From Octopus vulgaris (Eukaryota): a stretch of 64,000 bases of DNA. Below, piece after piece: positions 14,252 to 26,760 of the stretch. The notes below the pieces were generated by a model, which was not told where the DNA came from, searched no databases, and was given only the letters and a program-made list of their open reading frames with translations. Location of the stretch: assembly GCA_951406725.2 (NCBI GenBank), contig OX597818.1:78182001-78246000 (forward strand), written 5' to 3'. Made by a program: the position numbers and the translations under genes. Each line of letters begins with the position of its first letter. The stretch's first letter is position 1.

Positions 14252-14258
<7 letters not shown>
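13962..14258. repeat. Perfect 52-bp inverted repeat enclosing a TA/TG/CA microsatellite
   Basis: 13962-14013 is the exact reverse complement of 14207-14258. Confidence 0.92.
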
Positions 14259-14283
<25 letters not shown>

Positions 14284-14440
14284 CGTGTACATATATATGT
14301 ATGTATAGTTGGGTGTGTGTATTTATATATATATATATGTGTATATGTCATAGGGAACAATTAAATGGAATAAGTTCCTACAGTATTGCTTATTAATTAA
14401 TTGAAACAAAATAAACTTTATTTTTCCTGCTCTCATCTGA

Positions 14441-16035
14441 TCACACTCCAAGCCATGCAGCTGAATCTACAAACCAAGCAAGATGTCCAGCATTTGGCTG
14501 AATATTTTGAACAGGATATTTAAGTCTGTCACTTTCTGAACTAATGCTGTTTAAGATGTTATGTTTTTCTTTACCAGTCACAAAAAGAGCAATATTTTTA
14601 GACATATTAAGAAAGTCAACAGTAAGCGACATTCGTTTATCCCCTCTGTTGGCAGCATTAGTCAGAATCACTTTCCTTGGGGTTGTTAAGGTTAAGGATT
14701 TATCATGTGGAAATAAAGAAGCTACATGACCATCTTTTCCCAGCCCAAGTACAACATAGTCCAGCCCATTGATTACAGCATTAGATAGCTGTCTCTCATA
14801 AAGAATGTCCCCTTCATCTTTATCAGTGCAGAGAGAGCCAGCTATTGATACTGGCATTGGGTGAAGGTTGACATAGGGAATGTTAATATGTTGTAAAAGT
14901 TCAGTAAACAATAAATTGAAATTAGATCTGTGACTGTTTAAAGGCTGACATCGCTCATCAACCAACCAGATGTGGGTGTTAACCCACAAGTGGAGAGGGT
15001 AAATTTCTCTTAATTTACGGAAAAGCAAAGCTGGTGTTTTACCACCGGAAAATCCAATGTGGAATGGCTTCTTCTCTTTAATCAATTTCATTGAGATTTC
15101 AATAATAGATGAAGTTAATTGCATGGCCAATGCACCAGTTGAATTCACATAGAGGTTTCCACCAAGAAAGTGTTTTGGTAATTGAGCAAATACTGGTTTG
15201 TCTGAAGTTGGCTTCACATATTCTTGCTGTAAATGTTCACTCTCAACGAATGCTAATTGTTTATTAATAATTGTAAAATCCAAAGTATTGTTTCGTGTGT
15301 AAAGTTTGGGACGTTTTGCCAATACATTAAGACTAGTTTGCCAAATATCCCACATACTCATTAATTGACGGGTTCCAACAAAGTTAGCTTGTTTACCGTT
15401 TACTATATCTTGAACCACTTGTATATAAGCATCGGTAGTTTGACCAGGAACACCAGTTTGGAAGGTAGACATCTCAGAACCATAAGCAGGAGGCTGAGAC
15501 CACATTTTAGGTACAACATCCTTAGGCCAGAGAGCTTTGTGAAGAGACCATGGTACAATAATGCAGGGCTCTTTCATAACACCATAGTTGATATGAAAAA
15601 CGATTTGTTGAATCCTCTCATTATCAGTAGTTGGTGGAATTTTGAATACATTATTTTTGAAAATAATTCTAACATAAGTGGTCCTTTCATCCATTTGTTT
15701 GCCAGCCACAAGGACAAATGGGACATCCTTCCATCGTGCAGATTCTATGCGAAGCAAGGCAGCTGCAAATGTTGGTGTCTTGACTGATGAAGATTTATTG
15801 ATACCTTCTTTCTCTGCTTCTTGCATATAGTCTTTATACTGACCGAAAAGAAGAGACTTGACTTTCATTGGTTGCACTTGTTCAAGGAGAGCAATTTTCT
15901 TTTCTTTTATTTCATCAATGTTGTCTACATTTCCATCAGTAGGAAGTTCCATTGAAACAAGTGTAAGTAACTCTGTCAGGTGATTTTGCATCATATCACG
16001 AAGTACACCTACATTATTGTAAAACTTCGTTCTTC
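14441..16035 (-). CDS. H6PD: H6PD coding exon 3 (C-terminal G6PD domain plus 6-phosphogluconolactonase domain); full protein 784 aa
   Basis: TTTTTCCAG| acceptor. G6PD motifs GRTKFY, GVLRDMMQNHL, TPTFAA and RWKDVPF, followed by 6PGL motifs SGGKTP, VDERC, LGLGKDGHVASLFP and RMSLT. TGA at 14443-14441. Confidence 0.96.
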
Positions 16036-17832
16036 CTGGAAAAAATAAAATAAAATTAAATATATACAAGTTTAGAAATAGTGATGTATGATGAGAATTA
16101 TTTTGTTTCCCTAAATACTTACCACTTACTGATGTGGTGTACCCAGCTGGGAGTAAATGTGGTGCATGCTCCTCACCCAGGTAAATTTAAAAAAAAGTTG
16201 GTGTTTTTTTAAATACGGAGAAAACCCGCCAAGCCAGGTGAAATCATAGTCATGGCTGATGCCAGTGTCGTGTAACTGACACCTGTGCTGGTGGCACATA
16301 AAAAGTACCCTTCAAATGTTGGGCTCATGGAGGCAGTGTCAAGTTATCGAGACCTTTGGTGATATACTGTGCTTGAGAAGACCTGTCAAACCAGGTGAAA
16401 TTATAGTCATGGCTGATGCCAGTGTTATGTAACTGATACCCGTGTCGGTGGTACATTTTAAAGCACCCACTACACTCTTGGAGTGGTTGGCATTAGGAAG
16501 GGCATCCAGCCATAGAAACTCTGCTAAATCAGACTGGAACGTGGTATAGCTCCCCAGTTTACCAGTTTTCAGTCAAACTGATGATGATGATGAGCATGGA
16601 TAACTATTTATTGCAACTTTTGTCAGTTTTCTTTTGTTTCTAAATTGCCAAACCACACATTAGACAATCTTAATTCTGGACTCATGGCTGTGTAGTTAAA
16701 AAGCTTGCTTTGCAACTACATGGTTCTGGGTTCTGCTCCAGAATGCAACACCTGGGGCAAGTGCCTTCTGCTGTAACTTCAGGTCAAGCAAAGCCTTATA
16801 AGCAGACTTGAGAGATGGAAACTGAAAGTAACTTGTCATATGTGTGTGTGTGTGTGTTAGTCCCACCAACACCACTTGACAACCAGTGTTGGTGTCTTAT
16901 ATTCCTGTAACTTAGTGGTTCAGCAAAAGAGACCGATAGAATAAGTATCAGGCTAAAAAGTACTGAGGTTGATTCATTCAACTAAAATTTTTCAAGGTGG
17001 TGCCCCAGAAAGGCCACAATGACTGAATCTAATCTCTCTCTCTCTATATATATATGTATATAAATTGATGCATATCTCAACTCAAAGTTTGTTGTGACAG
17101 GTGTACTAGAACAGTTATCAGTGAAAACCACCATGAAGAGAGGTCAATGAATTGTTTAATTAACTAATGATAACAATAATAACAATAACAGCAACAATAA
17201 TTATAATATTTTAAAAGGAATGATGTAACTCTTCACAAAGGTAAGCAGACAAGATGAAGAGCGTGATGCAATTGCAACAGATATTTTATTGGTTGAGCGA
17301 TATTTTGACAGCAAGCCTGTTTTTGTCAAGTTCAAAATAAAAAGTGCTAAAAATTGAAAATTATAGGAATTCAAATCTAAAGTATGAATGAGAGAAACCA
17401 GTGTCCACATGTTGGAATGACATAATCAGTCTTTAAGTTTCAATTTTATAACTGGTTATAATTATAATAATGCCCTGCTGCTGCTGCTGCTGCTGATGTC
17501 CTGATGCAGTACCAGGCACTAGCTCTCATAGCTTCTGATCTTTACTGATTCTATCTACTGTTCATGCAGTTTTGGTTACTTTTTCTAATGATTTATAGTG
17601 CACCTAAGCACTGTATACAATAATTTCAATATATAAAATTTTCAATTCAAGTTAAGTCATACACTCTTAACACAAAATATTAGCAAACACCCTTAACCTT
17701 TATTAGAGTTTTTTGGTACATTTCCAATCCCCAATCTCTCTCCTTCTCCTAAGTAAGATTCACAAAATATTGCATATGATATCTGGAATATCTATTTGAT
17801 CTGGAAATAATAATAATAATAATGATAATAAC

Positions 17833-18392
17833 AAATGCCCTGATGTTGTACCAAGCAGTGACTCTTATGACTTCTGATCTCAACTGATTGGAAGTGTTAT
17901 CATGTACATACTTTGTCTTGGTGTAAAAGATAGGCTAGAGCAAATATTCCAATCAGTACAACAGATTTACTTGTCATTGGCTTGACCTTAACCAGTTGAG
18001 CATCTCCCTTCATGGTTGACAATTTGTGCATCTCTGATCACAGACAGGTATAGTGGAGTAACATCATAGCCATGTGATGAGAGGTATTCTTTGGAGTTTG
18101 AATAACTCACCCCTGGAAACATGGGTTGTTTTGCTCATCATCCTTACACAACAGGGACCTTTTGAATGGGATGGGCTACTCGACTGGAAGAAAATTTTAA
18201 TTGGGCCCCTACCTGCAAAGTCATGCACTGCTTATCTTGACATAAGATCACCATATTTCACATATGATGTTGTGATGTATGTGCCTGGTGTACTTTTATC
18301 AGATAGGTAGTCATGATGGGTATATTGGGCTTCATATATTTGTACTCCAGTGTCACTTTGATGACATGCACTGCTCTCTCACTCAATAATAA
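17833..18392 (+). repeat. Dispersed repeat family D flanked by (AAT)n; second copy at about 51935-52330 on the minus strand
   Basis: Direct similarity between the two copies (GTAGTCATGATGGGTAT, CTCTCACTCAATAATAAT). Short 5' fragment at about 17500-17548. Confidence 0.7.
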
Positions 18393-21363
18393 TTATTTCA
18401 AATTTTGGCACAAGGCCAGAAATTTTACAGAAGAGTGGGTAAATCAATTACATTGAACCCAGTGCTCAACTGGTACTTATTTTATTGACCCTGAAAGGAT
18501 GAAAAGCAAAGTCAACCTCAGTGACATTTGCTCAGACTATAACACTGAAAGAAATGTCATTAAGCATTTGTCCAGTATTCCAACAATTCTGCCAGCTGGT
18601 CACCTTAATAATGGTTTTAAATTTTGGCTCAAGGCTAGCAGTTTTGGGAGAGGGATAAGTTAATTACATTGATCCAAGTGCTCAACAGGTACTTATTTTA
18701 TCACCCCCAAAAGCATGAAAGGCAAAGTCATCCTTGGTAGCAATAGTAAAAATAATTCTTTCTAATTCTGATACATAGCAGCAGTTTTGACGTGGGGACA
18801 TATGTTGATTATATTGACCACAATAATTAACTAGTACTTCATTTTATTGATCCTGAAAGTTTGAAAGGTAAAGTTGGCCCTGGTGGAATTTGAACCCAAA
18901 ATGTAAAGAGTTGTATGAAATACTGCAAAGTATTTTGCCTGATGTGCTAATAGTTCTATTAATTTGCAAAAATAGCAATAATAATAATGATGATGATGAT
19001 GATAATGGTGACTACACCACCACCACTAAATACAACTCATGTACACATGTCTATGAACATGCATGCATCAAAACTTCAATACTGAGAAAATGGAGGGGAA
19101 ACAACTCACACTCTCTTACAGCAAGCTGTTCAACCATGGTGAGTCAGGTAAGAGCATGACCAGTACAGTTATAGTTGGAATACACTCAATCACAAATCTC
19201 AGTGAACAAGGACAGGCCAGCCTTGCCCATATCGTCTTTTCTCAGATGTAGTGTATCTAGAATTATATTGTGTCTGACCTATTTTAAGATGGTTTAAGGG
19301 TGATTTGGCGGCTATTTCTAATAGGTAATGCAACTGAATAGAGACTTGTTCTTTGACTGTAGATCAAGTTTTCAAAATTGACAAGTACAAATACACCACT
19401 CAGAAATATCAGTGAAATTATTTGACCCCCACATTTTTATTCAAGAGAAAACAGAACAAAATTGCCTTCATGTAATTCTTCTTTATTCACTTAGGTGTTG
19501 GACAAATTTAAAGAGCTTAAATCTATCCTAATTTTATTAATCATAGCAATCTTCCGTCTCCTTTCACCTCACCCAGAAGCCACCCCTATGAGAAGCAATG
19601 CTCTGAATAGCAATGAAATGAGATCAACAGAAAGAGTGACATTATAGAGTTACAGAGAAAAGAACCTATTTTCATGAGATTCTTGGCTTATTAAATTAGT
19701 ATCATCTGTAAGCATCAATTAACATCATCAGTAAACATTAATATCTTTTATTTCCAGCAACTTTCTTTTTAAACTGACTTCAGCTCAACTATTTCCAGTC
19801 AACACTTCATATATGGTTTAATTAGACCCTACTATTTCTCCTCATTTCAGAGCTGACTAACTTTACTTACTCTCTTTTACTTGTTTCAGTCATTTGACAG
19901 TGGCCATGCTGGAGCACTGCCTTTTAGTCAAGCAACTTGACCCCAGGACTTATTCTTTGTAAGCCTAGTACTTATTCTATCGGTCTCTTTTGCTGAACCG
20001 CTAAGTTACGGGAATGTAAACACACCAGCATCGGTTGTCAAGCAATGTTGGGGGGCCAAACACAGACACACAAACATACACACACACACACACATATATA
20101 TACATATATATGATGGCCTTCTTTCAGTTTCCGTCTATCAAATCCACTCACAAGGCTTTGGTCGACCTGAGGCTATAGCAGAAGACACTTGCCCAAGGTC
20201 CCATGCAGTAGGACTGAACCCAGAACCATGTGTTTGGTAAGCAAGCTACATACCACACAGCCACTCCTATGCCTACTTACTCATATATTTCAATTTTTAC
20301 ATGCATTCAGGCATCACACATCTTATTACATGCATCATTGGAACCAAATGTGACAGGTGCACAGAAACAATAAACAATAAGAGCACAAGAAATGTATAAC
20401 TGCTATGCTGATGATGTCTACTAATGCTCAGGAGTCACAGAGTAACTGCAAAGAAGAGAAAAGATGCCAGAAAACTGTCTGAAGTTGTTGAGAAAGCAAG
20501 CCATTACATCTGGCTGAGAGAAGATGAGTGATGCAGCAAGATTAAGTGTTTAGGATGATACAAACATCTGACCCAGAATTGCAACAAAGCTTGTGGTTTT
20601 ATGAGGGAGTTTTGTTGGCCACATTGGTGGGTGGCCCTGGGTAACTTCAGTGTTGAATAGGAAGGGGCTGAAATACCTAAAGAGCTTCTTCACCATTTGA
20701 TGAGACATCAACTCCAGCATTCAGACACAAAGTACAACAGCACCCTCAGTATAGAAGTGTTCACCCTCAATGATAAAAAAAAACAACAAAAAGAAACCAT
20801 ACCATATATTCTGACTCTTTTAGAAAACTGAATAACTTAAGTAATAGCCTTCTTTAAATAAGTATTATTTATTTGTTTTACTTCATATGCTATTTGGTGA
20901 TCAACAGCATCCTTAGTTATAGGTTTCCAATAAACCAATAACTGCATCACTGTATGATGGTGAGAATGATAAAGGAGTATCTGTAACTCGGTGTTGAACA
21001 AACATCACAAAGAACTTCATTGAAAGAACATTGCTTTTCCAATTATCTTACTTATGTCTACATCTTTTGCTATCATAGAGTGGCAAAATTTACCTTATAT
21101 ATATATATGTAAACAGACACACATTACATAGATGATGAGCTTTCATACCATTCTTATTTATGAAATTCAGATCACAAAATATTGGTCAGTTGGTGGCTAT
21201 AATATAAATACAGTGCAATATGAATCAAACATGGAACTATGGGTTATAAAGTCAATTTCTTAACCACACAGCTATGCTTGAGTCCTTAAGGAAGTTGAAG
21301 AGAATTAGAAGAACACAATAGGGGAGAGCTCACAAGATAAAATAGTAATCTGCCAAGACTTAC

Positions 21364-21455
21364 CTTTGACACCAACGTATTCTTTGCTGACAATTTCCAC
21401 CCTTTCTACATGATGTCTGTTCAATAGAGGTTCCAACCAATTTTGGTTTTTAATC
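21364..21455 (-). CDS. H6PD: H6PD coding exon 2
   Basis: 92 nt, TGTAG| ... AAA G|GTAAGT. Encodes (R)IKNQNWLEPLLNRHHVERVEIVSKEYVGVK(G), matching the H6PD NRHHVERVEI motif. Phases match both neighbouring exons. Confidence 0.93.
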
Positions 21456-23241
21456 CTACAATACATACATACATATATTACATACATGCATACATACGTA
21501 TATACATCTATACCTTGATACTGTGTGGACTGGGATCCCAGGTGATAGGGCACTGACATTAGATAAGTGTTGAAGTCTTATAGTATGCAAATTAGTAGCC
21601 CAGTGCCCTGAAGCTACAGAAATGGTAGTGTATATAAATGGATTGGCTGCTTGTTTCTCAGGGACTGGTCAAATGATATAGATACCTCATAAAGGTCGAA
21701 AATTGATTAAGGTTGTTCATAATTTTCTCAATCAACCAAGAAATAGTTAAACTTGCCATACTTCTGTCTATTGTGTAGGTTTGAATATATACAGGTGTGG
21801 CTGTGTCGTAAGTAGCTTGCTTCTCAACCACATGGTTCCTGGTTCAGTTTCATTGTGTGACACCTTAAGCAAGTGTCTTCTACTATAACCTCAGGCTGAC
21901 CAAAGCCTTGTGAGAGGATTTGGCAGATGGAAACTTAAGGAAACCTGTCATATATATATATATATATATTTTGTGTATGTGTGTTTTTCCCCTACCACTC
22001 CTTGACAACTGGTATTGATATGTTTACATTCCCGTAACTTAGCTGCTAGACAAAAGTCACCAATAGAATAAATACCAAGCCTCAAAAAAATAAAAAAGTC
22101 CTGAGGTTCATTTGTTTGACTAAAACCTTTTAAGGTAGTACCCCAGCACAGCTGCAGTCAAATGACTAAAACAGGTAGAAGATAAAAGATATGTGTATGT
22201 ATAGAGAAAGAAAGGGGGTGTAAATAAATGATCACGAGTAAAACTTTAAATCCACTGAAATTATAAAATGCAAAAGGGATGAAAAAAAAAAGCAAGAATT
22301 TTATAAAAACTTGTGATAGTCTGTGTTGTCAAAAAAATAAAGAAGATTAATAGTCAATGGAATTTTTAAAACGGTTGATAAACTTTTATAAAATTTATAA
22401 AAAAAAGCAACTGATAAAATAAGACTAATTTGTATGCTTGAGCATGGGGAGCTCTGAGTTCTGACTTTTTTGAAGAAATATAAGGTGTGTATTAAAATGC
22501 TGTGAATGAAGTTCCTCAACTTCATTCACACACAAACTCACCTTACTTTATGAAAGGAAGACATAGTATAAAGTACCAAAAGATGACCTCAGGACACTGA
22601 ACCTTTTGGAGATGACAAAGGACCTAGATATCTAGCACCTAGATGTACTCCAGAAAACCTGTCCTGTTGAGGTCACTTCCCTGGGTGAAGGGGAGTGGCC
22701 TGCAATAGTCTTGCACCATGTAAAAAGCACTTGTGCCAGCACCGTGTAATATAGCTCTTGCTGAGGCTACATTAAAAACACCTGGCACACTGTGAATTAG
22801 TTGGCATTAGGAAGGGCATCCAACTGTAAAAATCAAACTAAATCAGACTAAAACCTGATGCAGCTCTCTGGCTTGCCAGCTCTGGTCAAAATGTCTAACT
22901 CATGCCAGCATGGAAAGCAGACGTTTAGGGATGTTGAAACAGTTTTATTAGTACAAAGACATTATAGAGCTGGCAGTGGAAGAGTGGTAAGGAAAATACT
23001 ATTGTCACTGGTATTTCATGTAATATGTTGTTATGGCATATCATGTTAGTGTGGGGAATAAGTGGTTCAATAGCAGTGAAATTTGTGAATTTTCCAAAAC
23101 TGGAAGATAGAGACAACTGTGTAGGTTCTGTGTAGCTAGTGATTCAGTAGAAATAATTGAAGATTGAAAGTAATTGGAGGGGAAAATGTGGGCAAGAAGA
23201 AAGTAGTGGAAGAATAAATTTCTGTGAAAGAACATTGTATA

Positions 23242-23463
23242 CAGTAATCCCTTGACTATCACGGGTATTATGTTCCCAAACTCCCCATGATAGGTGAATA
23301 TCTGAGAACTAGAAACAGTGCTGTACTATTTTTAAAAAAAATTATTTTTATAATTTGTATATATTCATTTTATTATAAATGCTAAACAACACCATGGAGG
23401 AATCAATGTAAGCTTAAGTAATAAGCTGCAATAGGTGAACTGCAATATGGCGAGGGATCACTG
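23242..23463. mobile_element. Tigger/pogo-like MITE
   Basis: TA|CAGTAATCCCT...AGGGATCACTG|TA. Confidence 0.7.
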
Positions 23464-24339
23464 TATAGTGTTTAATATGGAACTTGTTTAGCAGATAGCC
23501 AGTTTCCATTATTCTTTACCATAGCCTGGAATGTATGTGCTTGTGACCAATCCTAGACATTTAAAAAGCACTTTGCAGGATAGCATTAGGCAAACATTTT
23601 GTAAAGAGATAAAAGAACAACAGTTCAATGTCAAACTACTTCTTGATCCTGAAAGGAAATGGAAAGTAAGTGATACAGTCTTGACTATCTGAAGAATGTG
23701 GACTATTGATGTGTGTGTGTGTGTGTGTAACAGTATGTATTGGATTTTGCTGTTGAGTGTCTTTTGATTGTTTTTTTTTCTTATATGAAATGTAGTTGAG
23801 AAGTTTGATTTCCACTCACATGGTTTTGGGTTGTCCCACTACATGGCACCAAGAATGGATTTAAACCTAGGACATTATCATCATTTAATATCTGTCTTCC
23901 ATTCTGGAATATTTTGACAGCATCCAATGGGTTGGAGGACTGTGTTATGTTCCAGTGTCTGTTTCGGCATGGTTTCTATGGTTAGATGCCCTTCCTAATG
24001 CCAACATTTTATGTACCAAGTGCTTTTTCGTGGCATTAGCACTAGTAAGATTATTCTGTAGCTTGCATGACTAAGATCCCTTTCTACTCAGTAGGGCTAC
24101 AATAGAGAAGGAAGCAACTTTATGCTAGAAAATAAAAGGTTGTTAAAGGAATGAGCCAGAACAGGTATCTTGTTGTAGAAGACCTACATAGTTACTCACT
24201 TTGTACAAGTGTGAGTTTATAGTAATCAGAGTGAAGTTGGCGAGATAAATAAACATAGATGCACAAATGTTTAAATCAGCACACTATTATTTCTATCAGT
24301 TTAGCTCGGTATTATTTTACTAAAAACATCACCACTTAC

Positions 24340-25007
24340 CTGAATGGTAGAATTTGTTTAACAACAGGTTTCTGCAAGTAATGGTCAACCCTGTAGATTT
24401 CTTCCTCTGAGTACCACTGCTCAAGAGACGAGGCTAAGGCTTCTGAAGTTTTACGGTCGTTGCCAAAGGGTTTCTCCAGAACTAATCGTATCCAACTGTT
24501 AGCCACATGTGATCGACAGTGTTTGTGTAAAAGCTGAGCTGTTTTCACATATGTGGCTGGAGGAGTTGATAAATAAAAAATACGACCAGCAATGGGATTA
24601 TCTGGGGAATGACCTTCTTCGTCAAGAGCCATTTGATGGGCTAAATTTTCATAGTCTTCTTCGACTTTCAGCTGGACATATCTAACAACTGTTATAAATC
24701 GTCTCTTATGACTTTCACATTGCATATTGTAACAAGTAACAGAACGGTCAATTATTTTCATGAGAGTGTCTTCGCCAAAAGTTTTATTTGCCCTTGCACC
24801 TCCAAAGAACAGAAAATAGGGACCTTTATTTTCGATTCCATTTTTATAGGTTTCAAACATGCTATGCCATAGGTATTTCTTAGCTAGGTCTCCGGTAGCA
24901 CCAACCAAAACAACACTGATAAACTGATTGGTAGACACGGCTTGAAGGATGCATAAAAAGAATATTACAGCCAGAAAGTTCTGGCAAGAATTCATATTAA
25001 ATAACAT
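24340..25007 (-). CDS. H6PD: H6PD coding exon 1 (signal peptide plus NADP-binding part of the G6PD-like domain)
   Basis: ATG at 25007 (alternative ATG at 24995). Hydrophobic leader FLAVIFFLCILQAVS, then VLVGATGDLAKKYLW, FYLSTPP, LEKPFG and RVDHYLQK. Ends TTC AG|GTAAGT (phase 2). Confidence 0.93.
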
Positions 25008-26581
25008 TTCTGGAAGACCTAAATGATATCCTTTGTACAAAACAACATCAATATTAAAAACAAACCACTTCGTTGAAGAATTGGTTTATGAAATTAATAC
25101 AGCGAACACACCACTTTAAAGATATAATATTGTTTTTCAAGGACACAGTCTATCATACAATTAATGCCTTCGTCTTTTCAACATCACATTTGTTTGTTCC
25201 ATTTATATTTACAAGTATGTATGTATGTAAATGACTTTAATACACAGCGGTTAAGTTTTATAACAAACTACTTGATAGACGTCGTCCATTTAGCAGACTG
25301 CAAAAAGTCTTTACTGTGAAACTTACAATGTCAACAATAACACACACCGGTGTTTCCTTCGGTGGCGTATGCTCTACGCATGTTATGCATATACAACAAT
25401 ATATAACCTTAGGGGAAAAACATGAAATTGAAATAAAATAAAGATTAACTTTGTGTATAGTAAACTATATTTAAATCTCGGTAAAAAATAGTCCCTACTA
25501 GTTCAGTGAATCCGGCGTTCTCAAATACATTAAAACTCCTCTGTCCGGTGTAAAGCAGTGATTTTCCAATTTGTTTCTCTCTTTTAATTAGGGCTTGGGT
25601 TTTGAATAATTTTTATAATAATCATTTTGCCGTTAGTTTTCGTGTTTCAGTTATAATAAAAACAAGAAGGGGTCTTCAATATCCTGCCCTCCACTGTAAA
25701 ATTTTATTCTTTCCTTTGTTTATATATTGTGATATGCAGTAATTGTATAGCCAAAAATAAATGAATTGGATATTGCAAAAATAAAAGAGCAGCAAAAACT
25801 TATCTAATGTCCCCACTTTCTATAGACGTATAAAGAAAATATATATACGTCAGCTGTCGTTACAAATCATACTGTCTGCTCCATAGAAGTATTCAGCAGC
25901 AAATATACTTCCTCGTACTTTTATCACACACACAATGTATAAAATATATATGTAATATATGAATATAATATAATATAATATAATATAATATAATATAATA
26001 TAATATAATATAATATAATATAACTTCATACATTTTCAAACTGATATGTAATTCTACACGTGTTCTCTGTTTTGTCCAGTTTTCTAGTTTGATTTTGTAA
26101 AATGGTAAACACTGTGAAGGCAAAAAATTATTTTTTTACTTGTTATCTATTTCAACAAAAAAATAAAGCTCAGTCCATTTTTCATTAAAAAAATTATACA
26201 CGTGAATTTTACACGTGTAAGATTCCTTACTCACACACATAACATAAATCTATACATGCCAGTGATTTTTATAACCATAATCTAAAACTATAGTCTATTT
26301 TTACTTAAAATGTGTAACTTAACCCTATCACTTTTCAAAGGGACAAAAATAGAATTTTCACCTTTATTAAAACATTACGACTAGCATCAAATTAATAAGT
26401 AGTGTTATTCTTTCTGATCTTATGATTTATTTCTTGAATATTTTCAGAATTATTGAATATTTTCAACAATGTAAAAGTAAAATATTCCAAGTATAACATC
26501 TTTAACTATTGAGCCTTGTCGCCATCCATATTTACTGCTCTCCTATAATTTCAAACTGTTATTTCCGTTTTGTGATCCAGC
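25008..26581. promoter_or_regulatory. Divergent H6PD/POLR1F promoter region
   Basis: 1.57 kb between divergent ATGs, with CpGs locally retained. CACGTG at 26057, 26199 and 26212; (AATAT)n at about 25962-26023. Minus-strand GTAAGT at 25326-25321 is a possible H6PD 5'UTR intron donor. Confidence 0.65.
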
Positions 26582-26760
26582 ATGTTTAATAATTTAGCGT
26601 TAGGGATTGAAAAAGCTAAATTACTTTTAGATGATCCCGCATCATTATGTATACAAAAAGACAGCGAAGAAGAAATAGCTATTCCGCCTGCTTTTATTGG
26701 CAAGTTGAACGAAGGTATTAGATTTCGTTTGGATTCTGAAATCAACACATTTTCTCCTCG
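26582..26760 (+). CDS. POLR1F: RNA polymerase I subunit RPA43 (TWISTNB) exon 1
   Basis: ATG 26582. IAIPPAFIGKLNEGIRFRLD resembles the A43/Rpb7 N-terminus. Ends CG|GTATGT (phase 2). Confidence 0.85.

Noticed and set aside
13858-14396. Several ORFs rich in Y/I/H/T
   Set aside because: Translations of TA/CA microsatellite, not genes.
15365-15787. 140-aa plus-strand ORF
   Set aside because: Antisense shadow of H6PD exon 3, non-ATG start, no recognisable motifs.
16036-16069. Apparent N-terminus of a stand-alone 542-aa protein
   Set aside because: Intronic polypyrimidine tract; the ORF is the last exon of H6PD.
20400-20780. CYADDV motif suggesting a LINE reverse transcriptase
   Set aside because: Too degraded to extend or classify by eye.
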